A DNA stretch of 63,051 bases, counting the filler, from Octopus bimaculoides (taxonomy: Eukaryota): assembly GCF_001194135.2 (NCBI RefSeq). It is 6 parts of 6 records of this genome, joined end to end, with 100 filler letters (N's around TTAATTAATTAA, not from the genome) between each part and the next. Parts side by side here need not be neighbours in the genome. Positions count along the whole stretch, not along the records: positions 42,087 to 52,566 come from NC_069008.1; positions 52,667 to 63,051 come from NC_068988.1; 4 more parts are not named here. One strand, 5' to 3'. The position numbers and the translations under genes are program-made. A model generated the notes under the pieces. The model saw only the letters and a list, made by a program, of their open reading frames with translations, was not told the DNA's origin and did not search any database. Below, piece by piece: positions 51,884 to 63,051 of this stretch (position 1 is the stretch's first letter; each line of letters starts with the position of its first letter).

Positions 51884-52566
51884 TTTTTTGCTTGTTTCAA
51901 ACATTAAAGTTCGACCATGTTGTGGAACCACTAATCACACGAATCGACCCTTGCACTTATTTAATCTTTTAAAAGCTTGCTACTTATTCCATCGGTCTAT
52001 TTAAACCGAACCGCTTTGTTACGGTTATGTAAACACAACGACATCCAAACATTCTACGAGGGTAAGTAAAAAATTATTCACACTTTGGCCACGACATATC
52101 TTTATTATTGTGACACTGCCTTCTGCGTAGTGAAACTGAATTAATCCAAGAAACTGAATTAATCAGTGGACTATTTGCCTCTCAGAACTGAGACGTTCAA
52201 AAAGTGTCATTACTTCTATAAATACCTGCTTAAAACTTCGAAGATTATAAACCACTTAATTGAATGGGTTATTATTTAACGATTTAATTATTTAATTATT
52301 TAAACACGGGAATTCTCACTCCCCCTCTAATCCTCCTGGAGTTTGACTCAGGCATAGGCAAACTACTTCATGCTAACGAAAAGGGCATACCAACTAAAGT
52401 GTGCCTCCTAAATTTGCTTCTTTATAACTTTCAGAAAATTGGTTATTTTTTCCTGACAATTTCTACAAATACATTTTAGTTGGTGTAGATTTCGATTATA
52501 TCGCAATTTGTTATGAAAACCGTTTCGGGGTGGGTGGGGGTAGTGAAAGAATTTTCAGATAATTAT

Positions 52567-52666
52567 NNNNNNNNNNNNNNNNNNNNNNNNNNNNNNNNNN
52601 NNNNNNNNNNTTAATTAATTAANNNNNNNNNNNNNNNNNNNNNNNNNNNNNNNNNNNNNNNNNNNN
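52567..52666. other. Artificial scaffold join with six-frame stop linker
   Basis: 44 N + TTAATTAATTAA (52611-52622) + 44 N. Confidence 0.95.
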
Positions 52667-53130
52667 CCCCAAAAATAAAACGAGAAAAAGAAGTGACAAG
52701 TCGAGTCAATAATACAATAGCAATGGGTGTGTTTGCGTGTGGGGTGGGGTGTGTTTGTTTGTGTGTGGGGTGGGGTGAGTGAAGGAGCGTGTGTGCGTGT
52801 GTGCGTGTGCGAGTGGGTGCTTGCTAATAAACGGATCAGTAAGAACAGCGCATTTCATATTGAGCTATCTGTAAGATGTCTCATTAGCGAATAGACACCC
52901 AGATATGCGAAACGCTGTATTACAAGACATACGTTTGTATCAGTGTGTATATATATGTATGTGTGTGTGTGCTTGTGTGTGTTGTGTGCGTGTGTAACTA
53001 AACATATTTGTATACATATATGTATATGCATACACATACATATATGTACGTATATGCACATTTCTATATTTCCGTACACACACACCCAAACTGTATGTAT
53101 GTATGTATGTATGTATGTATGTATGTATGC

Positions 53131-53180
<50 letters not shown>

Positions 53181-53407
53181 NNNNNNNNNNAGAAAGTATT
53201 GAATGTAGATGAAATATTGAGTGTTCAATATAAAGGATCAAATATATAAATATATAAATATAAATATATAAAGGCGACTCGAGTTTCAGGGCTATTTCCC
53301 TTCGTCATGGCCGGTATGACAGACTTTAACATACACATATGCATACATACATACAAACATACATACATACATACATACAAACATACATACATACATACAT
53401 ACAAACA

Positions 53408-53439
<32 letters not shown>

Positions 53440-53869
53440 CAGAAGCGCATAGACACAGCGAGAGATGCACAGAGGTATACGAAAAGTGTAAACAAACGCA
53501 CGTAAACAAACACGATATCAATTAGCAGTAAATTGTCGTCAAAGACGACAATCTTTCTGTGGCAGAGATCTCTGAAGTGAAATCATAAACAAACATAGAT
53601 TGAAAGGAGCGTAAGATGCGTTGCGGGTGGAGGAAGAATAAAGACTGGAGTTGAGGTGGGAGTTAGGGGAGTGAACAGTGGACGAGTCTCTTAAATAAAC
53701 CTCAAATAACTTTAGATAAAAGTTTTGCAAAGTTTTTTTTTTATTTGTATTCGTGCAAATATAAATGTGTGTTTGGGTGTGTGACTGTATACGTTTATAC
53801 ATATACACACACATACACAACGCATATATGTATGTTATATATATATATATATGTATTCTTTCATTTTTT

Positions 53870-54070
53870 TTATTCTTTTACTTGTTTCAGTCATTTAACT
53901 GAGACCATACTGGAGCACCGCATTGAAGGATTTTAGTCGAACAAATCGAACTCAGGGACTTTTTTGTTTTTTTAAGTCCGAGTACTTATTCTATAGGTCT
54001 TTTTACCGAGCCTAAACACACTAACACCGATCGGTCAAGTGGTGGTGGGGAGACAAGCACAGACATAAAA
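53870..54070 (-). mobile_element. SINE family B, 3' half
   Basis: TTTTACTTGTTTCAGTCATTTAACTG..ACCATACTGGAGCACCGC...AACACACTAACACCGATCGGTCAAG. Confidence 0.8.
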
Positions 54071-54193
54071 ACACACAAACATAGATATATATATACATAT
54101 GAAAGAAGTCCTTCGCGTGTGGGTGTGTATATATATATGTATATATATAAGCAATGTTAATTCTCTAAATGAAGTATTAACAGTAACTGCACG

Positions 54194-54493
54194 ATAAAGT
54201 GTAGTATATTGCCACTTAAGTGTGGCTGACCCCTAGGGGTGGATGTTACTGTTGCTTTTAGCCCCAGGAGGACATCTCCTCCAGCTGGCTTATCCCTCTC
54301 ACCATGATCTGTAGCACGAAATCCGGATCCGTTCGTGCTACAGATCATGGTGAGAGGGATAACTTCCCTTGACAAACAGGACACAGTCGTGTGTCGATAA
54401 GCCAGCTGGAGGAGATGTCCTCCTGGGGCTAAAAGCAACAGTAACATCCACCCCTAGGGGTCAGCCACACTTAAGTGGCAATATACTACACTT

Positions 54494-54496
<3 letters not shown>
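54194..54496. mobile_element. MITE family D, fold-back copy (near-perfect palindrome, 11-nt spacer, 38-bp deletion in the left arm)
   Basis: 54194-54320 is inverted relative to 54332-54496; the right arm has about 3 mismatches in 170 bp to the copy at 30039. Confidence 0.9.
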
Positions 54497-54526
<30 letters not shown>

Positions 54527-54529
54527 TCT

Positions 54530-54650
54530 TTCAGGTTGTCTACTAAATCCACTCACAAGGCCTTGGTCGGCCCGAGGCTATAGTAGAAGACACTTGCCCA
54601 AGGTATCACGCAGTAGGACTGAACTCGGAACCATGTGGTAGGGAAGCACC
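54530..54650 (-). mobile_element. SINE family B, 5' half
   Basis: AAATCCACTCACAAGGCCTTGGTCGGCCCGAGGCTATAGTAGAAGACACTTGCCCAAGGT. Confidence 0.85.
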
Positions 54651-54799
54651 CGCGCTTGTATATACAAACGTATATTATATGTTATAAACTTAGATAAACT
54701 TAGATATATTTCGTCCAAAGATTGGTCCAGGCCATGTCTAACTTAGTAGCATCACCTGATAGGATTATCTAAATCGTTTTAAAGTTAAGTGTTATGTTA

Positions 54800-55165
54800 T
54801 CATGGTCCATTCGAGTAGGGGGTTCTTGTTGAGTGGGTTGTATCCAGGTATAGGTGGCTTATCTGGTATTCCTTGACGAAATTTGTCCAAATTCCGTTAA
54901 AGCTGATAGGATCCTTTTTCTCTTTGATCTGCTTCGGGACGATGTTAAATAGGGCAGGGTCTGATGAGGTAAAGAAATCGTGTTGCAGTGTATTTATGTG
55001 TTGTGATCCTGAATTGGATAGGGGACGTGTGGCCCGTGGTCCTAGGCTTGGATGAATTTTGAAGCTAATGCAGAGGTCGTTTGAGCAATGCTGTCGGTAT
55101 ATTCTCCACATCTTGCAAATGATGTATCGCTCGCAGCGGCGCTGGAGAGAATAGAGTTATGTATG
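54800..55165 (-). mobile_element. LINE 3' relic, CR1/L2-group ORF2 C-terminus
   Basis: LYSLQRRCERYIICKMWRI...PALFNIVPKQIK...F/RNLDKFRQGIPDKPPIPGY...LLEW, resembling the SLQRRRERY...GP.LFN.LP...FK..LD.FL..IPD.P terminus. Confidence 0.75.
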
Positions 55166-55187
55166 TCTATTTTATATGTTATCTTTC

Positions 55188-55575
55188 ATCTTTTACTTGT
55201 TTCAGTCATTTGCCTGCGACCATGCAAGTTCAAAGAAATCCACCCTAGGATATTCTTTATTGGTCCCTCTTTGCCGAACCGCTAGGTTACAGAGACGTAA
55301 ACTCACCAACATCGGTTGTCAAGTGGTGGTGAGGGACAAACTGAGACACAAAGATACACAAACACACACACACACACACACACATACATACACACACACA
55401 CATACATATATATGTATATATACGACAGACTTCTTTTATTTTCCGTCTACCACACCCATTCACAATGTTTTTGCCAGCCCGAGGCTATAGAGGACACTTT
55501 GCTAAGGTACCACGCAGTGGGACTGAACCCAGAACCATATTTTTGGGAAGCAAGCTTCTTACTACATGTCCACGC
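55188..55575 (-). mobile_element. SINE family B, full length with internal CA/TA microsatellite
   Basis: 3' module, (CA)n/(TA)n, then CCCGAGGCTATAG...CACGCAGTGGGACTGAACCCAGAACC...GGGAAGCAAGCTTCTTAC. Confidence 0.85.
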
Positions 55576-56059
55576 TTATAGGTATATATAAACTTATATA
55601 AGTATGCGTATATGTAAGTATACATACATACATACATACATACATACATACTTACATATATANNNNNNNNNNNNNNNNNNNNNNNNNNNNNNNNNNNNNN
55701 NNNNNNNNNNNNNNNNNNNNNNNNNNNNNNNNNNNNNNNNNNNNNNNNNNNNNNNNNNNNNNNNNNNNNNNNNNNNNNNNNNNNNNNNNNNNNNNNNNNN
55801 NNNNNNNNNNNNNNNNNNNNNNNNNNNNNNNNNNNNNNNNNNNNNNNNNATATATATGTATACACACACACACACATACATATAATATATTTATACACGC
55901 GACCCTACAATCCTGCCTGGCGGGTAGACGCTACTAAATGCTGAATAGACGTCCATAGACTTTACTGTATAAATGTTATATCCTTATTGTGTATGTACAT
56001 ATGTGCAATGAATTTGTGTACATGCGTGTGTATACGTGTGTATACACCTGTGTGCGCAA

Positions 56060-56107
<48 letters not shown>

Positions 56108-56557
56108 TTGTGCCTATGCGTCTCCCGCCATATTTACACGTAGTGCTAGCAACGAGATCAACAGCACTAATCTTATCAGGGTCGTAAGGACATCACAGAC
56201 CAACCAGTTCTCATGTAGAGGATTTGAATGGGTGAACAAACATGGAGGCGAAGATGGTAAAGATGGCGAGATTCCCTTTGCATTTTACACGGACTTTCCC
56301 CGCCTCCCTCTCTCACGCTGACACGTACACACACACACACGCACGCAGACGCACACACACACAGATAAATTAGAAACTAACAAGTCATTACGGACCGAAA
56401 CATTAAGAAAACACTCGTCCATTATATGATACCAGCGCAGATCTTCGCGCCGGACATTCACAGACGCTCAACATTTTTAATCCTGTATTAAGACGTACAA
56501 ATGTTTGCGCATATATACGTCAACACACAGACACACACAACATACTCCCAGGCATGC

Positions 56558-56595
<38 letters not shown>

Positions 56596-56642
56596 AAGCA
56601 ATAATAAATCTCTGAGCGCGGTATAAACAGTAGCAGCACGAC

Positions 56643-56870
56643 ATCGTGAAGTATATTTGCCGCCTAAATGTGGCTAGCCCTGAAGGGTCGATGCTACTGT
56701 AGCTTGTAGCCCCAGGAAGACATATCCTCCAACTGGCTATTGACACACTATCTGTGCCCTATCACTATTTGCAAAGGGAAGTCATCGTTCCCACCTTCAG
56801 CCTGACGTGATGCACACGGACCCGAGTTTCTGGGTATTGACCCATCACCAGCGTGTGACAACCACCGGTT
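56643..56870. mobile_element. Diverged relative of MITE family D (one arm plus spacer)
   Basis: AGTATATTTGCC..CTAAATGTGGCT..CCC...GCCCCAGGAAGACAT..CCTCCAACTGGCT...AAGGGAAGT.ATC...CACGGACCCGAGTTTC, colinear with 30039-30215. Confidence 0.7.
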
Positions 56871-57189
56871 GGCGATAGGAAGTGGTTCCCAATACAAATA
56901 GATATATATAGTTTTTCTAGTGACGAAAAGTCACTGATCTCGGTGTTTATAAATATGTGGTTGAGTTGGTGTGTTGGTCGAGTTGTCGATGCACACACCC
57001 AAGTGTGAGCATCTATTCACACAAGAATCTCAAATGGAGAATTTCTCGAATTTAAAAAAAAATTTTTACTGAAATCTTCAAATAGATCGGATTTGAAGAA
57101 TCCGCGTCAGTTTCTTTAGCTCTTTCTCCGTGTTCAAGTAGTTCTGGGTTTTCGTGCACATGTGATTATAGATATAAATGAGAATTCAT

Positions 57190-58062
57190 AATCAGAGTAC
57201 AAGAGCTGTAAGTTCCGAATTAATTCGCCATAGATGTCCTCATTTTCTTGGATCTTTCATTGTACATTCACATCCGCACGGCAACTGAACCCCACAACAG
57301 TGCATGCTTTTGTTCCTTTCCCCACAGAAGAATATCAGGTCTGTTATGTTTGCACCGAATATATGTTTTCATTGGGGTCTTCCTACAATACTATCCTACG
57401 GATAGCATTGTGAATAATCTTTGCAATTATATCGTGCCTTATGAGCAGGTAGCATCTCGTAGACATTTTAGGGCAGCTGCTGATGATGTGGGTGATATCT
57501 TCCACGTATAGCAGAGCCGACATTTATCGCAACGTCGAGGTTTGGTGCAGTTTTTGTCCCGTTTGTTGATCAGCAATTTAGTAGCTATCTCCTGTTCTTG
57601 AAAACCGAAGACATATCCTTCTAGGTGGGATGGAACGTATCTATCACAGGTCCGGGAGAGGCTACTCTTCCTGTTGTTGTCATCCAGGTTACGGAATATG
57701 TACCCCTGCATAGCTTTTGTCGGTATGGTGCCTGCTTCTCTTCCAAGCTTCTGTTTAAGTAGGCCACTCCAACCTCCTTTGGGTCACATGAGACAGTTGT
57801 ATTCGCAGATTAAATCTGAAGATGTTGTTGCTCTCTCTTTTGAGAATGCATGGTATATACAGATTGTTTTCTTTACTGTTCAGCAGGTGTTGTCAGAGTG
57901 ATACGTTGCGACATTCAAAGGCTGTTTAGACTGACCTTACGCTTCAACTGTCACTATTTCGTCTCGCATAAATCTTATCGCTCTCACTGTTAATGAGGAA
58001 GTTACCAGTGGTGGTTATTACCTTTCCGATTTTGATAGCCATGCTGCGTACCTCATCCAGAT
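57190..58062 (-). mobile_element. Second R4/Dong-clade-like non-LTR relic (RT thumb, CCHC zinc knuckle, toward the RLE domain)
   Basis: DEVRSMAIKIGKVITTTGNFLINSESDKIY...TAFECRNVSL*QHLL; MQGYIFR...SHLEGYVFGFQEQEIATKLLINKR...DKCRLCYT/VEDITHIISSCPKMS...RHDIIAK (C-x2-C...H-x4-C). Confidence 0.85.
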
Positions 58063-58786
58063 AGATGCATGTATGTATGTATGTATGTATGTATGTATGT
58101 ATGTATGCATGTACGTATGTATGTACGTAGGTAGGTATTTCCCTCTCTCTCACTCTCTTTCTCTTCCTCTCTTTCTCCCCCCATACCCACCTTCCCCCTC
58201 TTTCTCTCCCCCCATACCCACCTTCCCCCTCTCTCAATCCACCTTCCCTCTCTTATACCCNNNNNNNNNNNNNNNNNNNNNNNNNNNNNNNNNNNNNNNN
58301 NNNNNNNNNNNNNNNNNNNNNNNNNNNNNNNNNNNNNNNNNNNNNNNNNNNNNNNNNNNNNNNNNNNNNNNNNNNNNNNNNNNNNNNNNNNNNNNNNNNN
58401 NNNNNNNNNNNNNNNNNNNNNNNNNNNNNNNNNNNNNNNNNNNNNNNNNNNNNNNNNNNNNNNNNNNNNNNNNNNNNNNNNNNNNNNNNNNNNNNNNNNN
58501 NNNNNNNNNNNNNNNNNNNNNNNNNNNNNNNNNNNNNNNNNNNNNNNNNNNNNNNNNNNNNNNNNNNNNNNNNNNNNNNNNNNNNNNNNNNNNNNNNNNN
58601 NNNNNNNNNNNNNNNNNNNNNNNNNNNNNNNAAGATCACCAGCATTCTACCTCCCACACACAGCCCCTCGTTCCCGATCACCGTTTGTTATCTCCCCCTT
58701 TCTTAGCTCTCCTGAAAAAAGAATTTCTAACTTCCGGTCAGCCATTGTTATGATCGGCCATTATTATGATTGACCGTTGACTGAAC

Positions 58787-58960
58787 ACTATTCAATTTTT
58801 TTTCTCCGTGTTTTTCTCCTTGTCTGTATTCTTTCTGTTGAAGAGCGTAGCTCGAAACGTCAAAGACTTTCCGTATTCCCGAGCGTCATACTAATACATC
58901 CTTTTGTTATTTACACCACCTGTCCTCGTCTGTTGTTATTATTTGTATATTCTCCCATAT
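58787..58960 (+). mobile_element. Short Penelope-type repeat carrying a hammerhead-like motif
   Basis: TCTTTCTGTTGAAGAGCGTAGCTCGAAACGTCAAAGACTTTCC...ATACATCCTTTTGTT..TTACACCACCTGTC, ending in a TA/TG microsatellite; PLE assignment inferred. Confidence 0.55.
58830..58866 (+). ncRNA. Minimal type I hammerhead ribozyme motif, variant core CUGUUGA
   Basis: UCUUU-CUGUUGA-a-GAGC[GUA]GCUC-GAAA-CGUC^AAAGA. Helix I 5 bp, helix II 4 bp, ACGU palindrome, GUC triplet. Confidence 0.6.
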
Positions 58961-59081
58961 ATATATGTGTGTGTGTGAATGTGTGTATGTGTGTATGTAA
59001 GTATGCATATATGTATGGATGTTTATATGTATGCTTGCAAGCATGTATATATGTATGTATGTATGTATGTATTATGCATGT

Positions 59082-59468
59082 TAGTCCGTGGCACTCCGTC
59101 GGTTACGACGATGAGGGTTCCAGTTGATCCGATCAACGGAACAGCCTGCTCGTGAAATTAACGTTCAAGTGGCTGAGCACTCCACAGACACATATACCCT
59201 TAACGTAGTTCTCGGGGGAGATTCAGCATGACACAGTGTGACAAGGCTGACCCTTTGAATTACAGGCACAACAGAAACAGGAAGAATGAGTGAGAGAAAG
59301 TTGTGGTGGAAGAGTACAGCAGGGTTAGCCACCAACCCCTGCAGGAGCCTCGTGGAGCTTTAGGTGTTTTCGCTCAATAAACACTCATAACGTCCGGTCT
59401 GGGAATCGAAACCGCGATCCTACGACCGCGAGTCCACTGCCCTAACCACTGGGCCATTGCGCCTCCAC
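59082..59468 (-). mobile_element. SINE family C, full length, 11-bp TSD
   Basis: Minus-strand head TGGCCCAGTGGTTAGGGCAG...GGTTTCGATTCCC; TSD ATTATGCATGT at 59071-59081 and 59469-59479; closely matches 26110-26485. Confidence 0.92.
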
Positions 59469-60032
59469 ATTATGCATGTATGTAAATATGTATATATGTA
59501 TGTGNNNNNNNNNNNNNNNNNNNNNNNNNNNNNNNNNNNNNNNNNNNNNNNNNNNNNNNNNNNNNNNNNNNNNNNNNNNNNNNNNNNNNNNNNNNNNNNN
59601 NNNNNNNNNNNNNNNNNNNNNNNNNNNNNNNNNNNNNNNNNNNNNNNNNNNNNNNNNNNNNNNNNNNNNNNNNNNNNNNNNNNNNNNNNNNNNNNNNNNN
59701 NNNNNNNNNNNNNNNNNNNNNNNNNNNNNNNNNNNNNNNNNNNNNNNNNNNNNNNNNNNNNNNNNNNNNNNNNNNNNNNNNNNNNNNNNNNNNNNNNNNN
59801 NNNNNNNNNNNNNNNNNNNNNNNNNNNNNNNNNNNNNNNNNNNNNNNNNNNNNNNNNNNNNNNNNNNNNNNNNNNNNNNNNNNNNNNNNNNNNNNNNNNN
59901 NNNNNNNNNNNNNNNNNNNNNNNNNNNNNNNNNNNNNNNNNNNNNNNNNNNNNNNNNNNNNNNNNNNNNNNNNNNNNNNNNNNNNNNNNNNNNNNNNNNN
60001 NNNNNNNNNNNNNNNNNNNNNNNNNNNNNNNN

Positions 60033-60130
60033 ATTGTAGAAGACACTTGCTCAAGATGCTACACAGTGGAACTGAACCCGGAACCATGTCGTTGTAAGAA
60101 GCAAGCTTCTTACCACACAGCCACGCCTGC
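60033..60130 (-). mobile_element. SINE family B head
   Basis: GTAGAAGACACTTGCTCAAGATG...CAGTGGAACTGAACCCGGAACCATGT...GCAAGCTTCTTACCACACAGCCAC. Confidence 0.85.
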
Positions 60131-60164
60131 ACCTGTTGAGAATTGGTTTTCTCACCGGAACCCG

Positions 60165-60800
60165 AAAATATTTGGGAAACGCTTAACTTTCTTTTATGAG
60201 GTAGAATTCTAAACAGAAGTCTACCATGTGCACGCGTTCTAATATTGCTTCACTAATCTCGTTGATTTTGATTTTAAAAAATAAATAACGATAAACGGAA
60301 TTGTATGTGTGTACAAATTCTAAATCAAAGAATATGATCCGCATTTTGCGAAATTGAAATATAAAGGTTATTTGCAATATGGCCGTTGCGGTGAACAGAA
60401 AGAATTCAAATATTTCTTGCACCAATTATAACTAATGGCATCAAGAGGAAATGGCAGCTACTTTAAATGATTACTTATTGTATCCTTTCAGACCTGAAAC
60501 ATCAGTCTTTAAATCATGTTATTCCATACAAGAATACTTCTGTCTAACTCGTAACTGCCCCATTAACGTAGAAATTTTCTCATCTGTCACGTTTGACAAG
60601 TATATATTCAAGTATGTTCATAAAGGAAATTATTCTATTCATTTTAATATCGTGGAAATTGATGCAAACGGTGAAGTCATTTACAATGAATTTGACCAAA
60701 GTGCTGCTTCTCGATATATCAATGCTCCAGAAAGTATGTGATACCTCTGGATTTGCGAAATGCATGATAAATCATTCACTCGACGATTTATATATTCATT
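60165..60800 (+). mobile_element. Helitron Rep (HUH) domain relic
   Basis: KIFGKRLTFFYEVEF*...HVH (degenerate EFQ.RG.PH.H motif); NCPINVEIFSSVTFDKYIFKYVHKG...YNEFDQ...SRYINAPESM*..EMHDKS, paralleling the Helitron CHINVE.C.S..S.KY.FKY..KG / RY.SAPEA.W motifs. Confidence 0.8.
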
Positions 60801-62880
60801 CTTGATATGTTTCGGTAGATTCGAACATGAATACGCTAATCGCTGATGGATTTTGTCACTGGATTACAGTTTCTTTCAGACCAACGTACGTTTATAATGC
60901 ACTAGTAGTGATGGTTGTTGTATGGATGCAATGTGGTTTAAACTCTGATAATATAAAGTTTTCTGATTAAAATGAGTCAGGATGAATTGCAATAAGAAAA
61001 TACAAAGACTAGTTAGAATTTACCGCCCTTCGACATTTATTTCCGTCGCTAAAGTGAATGCACCAACCGGCACAACAAATAGAACTCTGTCAAAAACTTT
61101 ACACATTTTCCCAATGGTTCTCGAAGTTGAAGATACGTGTTAGAAGAAAGGCAAAGCATAGTGTCAAAAAGTCTAGTCACACGTCTCCACTCACCGAAGT
61201 TACCAAGTGGAATACACTACTGTCATTGTCGAAGATCCAAAACTCGATCGTAGCAAAACTCACCGCCCTCAGAAATTAAAGGGAAACTCGTCCCTTAAAT
61301 AGTTGATTTTGGGACGCTTGACCAATCTATCACTTCAATGGGTGGACATCCACGCAAAGCCAAATGGACGTGATAAACCACCTCACGATAAACCAAATAT
61401 AGGTAGCTAAAAGTAAAGATCCGCAATGTGGGTAGCTAAAGGTAAAGAGCCATCATGCTTCTGCTACACACTCAGTTCATTAGTGTGTGTATTTTGTGTG
61501 TATTTTGAATTACATAATCTTTTATGGGGGCACCAAAATCTTTTAAGTGTAAGGCCTCGATGGGTCTTAATCCGGCCCTGCATGAACACCACTTATTGAA
61601 TGGTTTGCATAAATGTAAAAGAAATAAAAATGGAGACCAATCTAGAAACGAAGAGTGAAGGTGATGCTCTATTAATTTTCAGTCTTTTTGATTTTGTTAC
61701 TGTCCAGGAGGATCCATGACCGGACTCAAGGCCTTCAAGTTTGGTGAAATTCAGGGAGGAATATATCCTCAAACCTGAACCCCAATCCCAATGTTTGCAA
61801 CAGAGAGGACTCCGCTAAAAGAAAAAAAATACCCAATACGGTTGGCGGTGGTGTTAAACCGCGCGAACCAAAGAAATTCAATGTCCCTACCATCAATTAA
61901 TGTACATACCATCAATTAATACCATCAATTAATGTACATACCAGCTGCCAGGGATGTGTTTAATATGTAAATTGGTCTGTCCATTTGTGTTACACCGCTA
62001 AACTGTTTAAGCAGTGTTTTCGTGGGTAGTTAATAGTTGAGATATGGCGCTGATAAAAAAAGCAACAACTCTTGAAATATGCATATACATCCCACTATTA
62101 TTTTTTCTGTCTTCGATCGCATTGTTTACATAGACGTATTCGTATAGGAAACATCGTAACTTTCAGTACTGGCTCTAAATTCTATAGAACATCTGTAGAG
62201 ATAACTTTAGAAAATGATTAACTCGCACTGCTAACACAGCTAGGATGCTGTATTGACTTATAAGCTTTCAATATACTTGGTAATACATGGTAGCAAAACG
62301 AAACCGTGTCCCCACCAACAATTAAAAGAAATAGTTGTTCTCGTTGTTCTTTCTTTACATTTCTGTCGTCCAAAAATCTTTACAAAATTATGGCATAAAT
62401 ATTTTATTTCGTCTTTTTTTTTGTTTTCTAACTTGGTAACAGAAGTGGCGCACAGATCCGAAACAAACAACGTAATCCATCTCATCCGATGTTTTATCCA
62501 TTTCATTAATTCACCGCCAACAATTAGTCATTTATTTATGAACACTGAAGGGACAAAAAAAACTAAGTTGATCTACGCATGCGCATACGCGCGTGCGCGT
62601 GTGTGTGTGTGTGTAAGAACGGATGTCTATTTCATCTGAAATTTCTAATTTAGACGTATACAATAATAGGTGGTCATATATCTTAGAATCTACAACGAAA
62701 ATTGAAACATCACATCTTAAAGAATGATGTCAGATTTAAGATTAATGGCAGACCATATGAATGGTCTTGGAAGAATTGCCGTTCGTTAGGAGGAAGGGAA
62801 GCGATAATGGGGTTGATTATCAATTGTTTAAAAATTTCTAATCTATTTGTTTCTTAGGTGGGGACTGGAGTCAACAAGTA

Positions 62881-62914
<34 letters not shown>

Positions 62915-63051
62915 ATGGTGTAGCAAACACTGGCTATCGTGACAAGGTGATGTACAGAGAACAACTGCTTAGAAAAATGGTGATTGTGACGATAGTGTTG
63001 TTGTTGATGTTGTTGTTGTTGGTGGTGGTGGTGGTGATGATAGTAGTAGTG

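Noticed and set aside
52055-52565. Possible mariner TIR start (TACGAGGGTAAG) and non-autonomous Helitron-like segment
   Set aside because: No partner TIR or terminus visible before the scaffold join; cannot be classified
59395-59468. tRNA-like sequences (also about 26410-26485, 2380-2450, 24155-24215)
   Set aside because: A and B boxes are present but embedded in multi-copy SINEs with TSDs and without a proper acceptor stem; SINE heads, not tRNA genes

Overview
Eukaryotic, AT-rich, repeat-saturated genomic DNA with no recognisable intact host protein-coding gene, rRNA or true tRNA. The SINE/MITE repertoire and microsatellite density look like an octopus (coleoid cephalopod) draft assembly; this is an inference from recognised repeat sequences, not a database match. 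About 25 N-gaps are present, mostly flanked by microsatellites. Five of them are artificial 100-bp joins (44 N + TTAATTAATTAA + 44 N), so adjacency across them is unsafe. Nearly all long ORFs in the supplied track are N-runs or microsatellite read-through. Supportable content: (i) several tRNA-derived SINE families (here called A, B, C, E), with about 35 copies or fragments; (ii) decayed coding relics of a DD37D (maT-type) mariner, another Tc1/mariner, two R4/Dong-clade non-LTR elements, a CR1/L2-group LINE, a Penelope-like element (GIY-YIG) and a Helitron Rep domain; (iii) long-TIR palindromic MITEs; (iv) two minimal type I hammerhead-ribozyme motifs in Penelope-type terminal repeats; (v) an isolated near-perfect 92-nt hairpin. 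The most interesting signals are the two hammerheads, the 92-nt hairpin, a fold-back MITE copy, and the microsatellite-targeting, modular SINEs. I see no evidence for a large novel multi-gene system.
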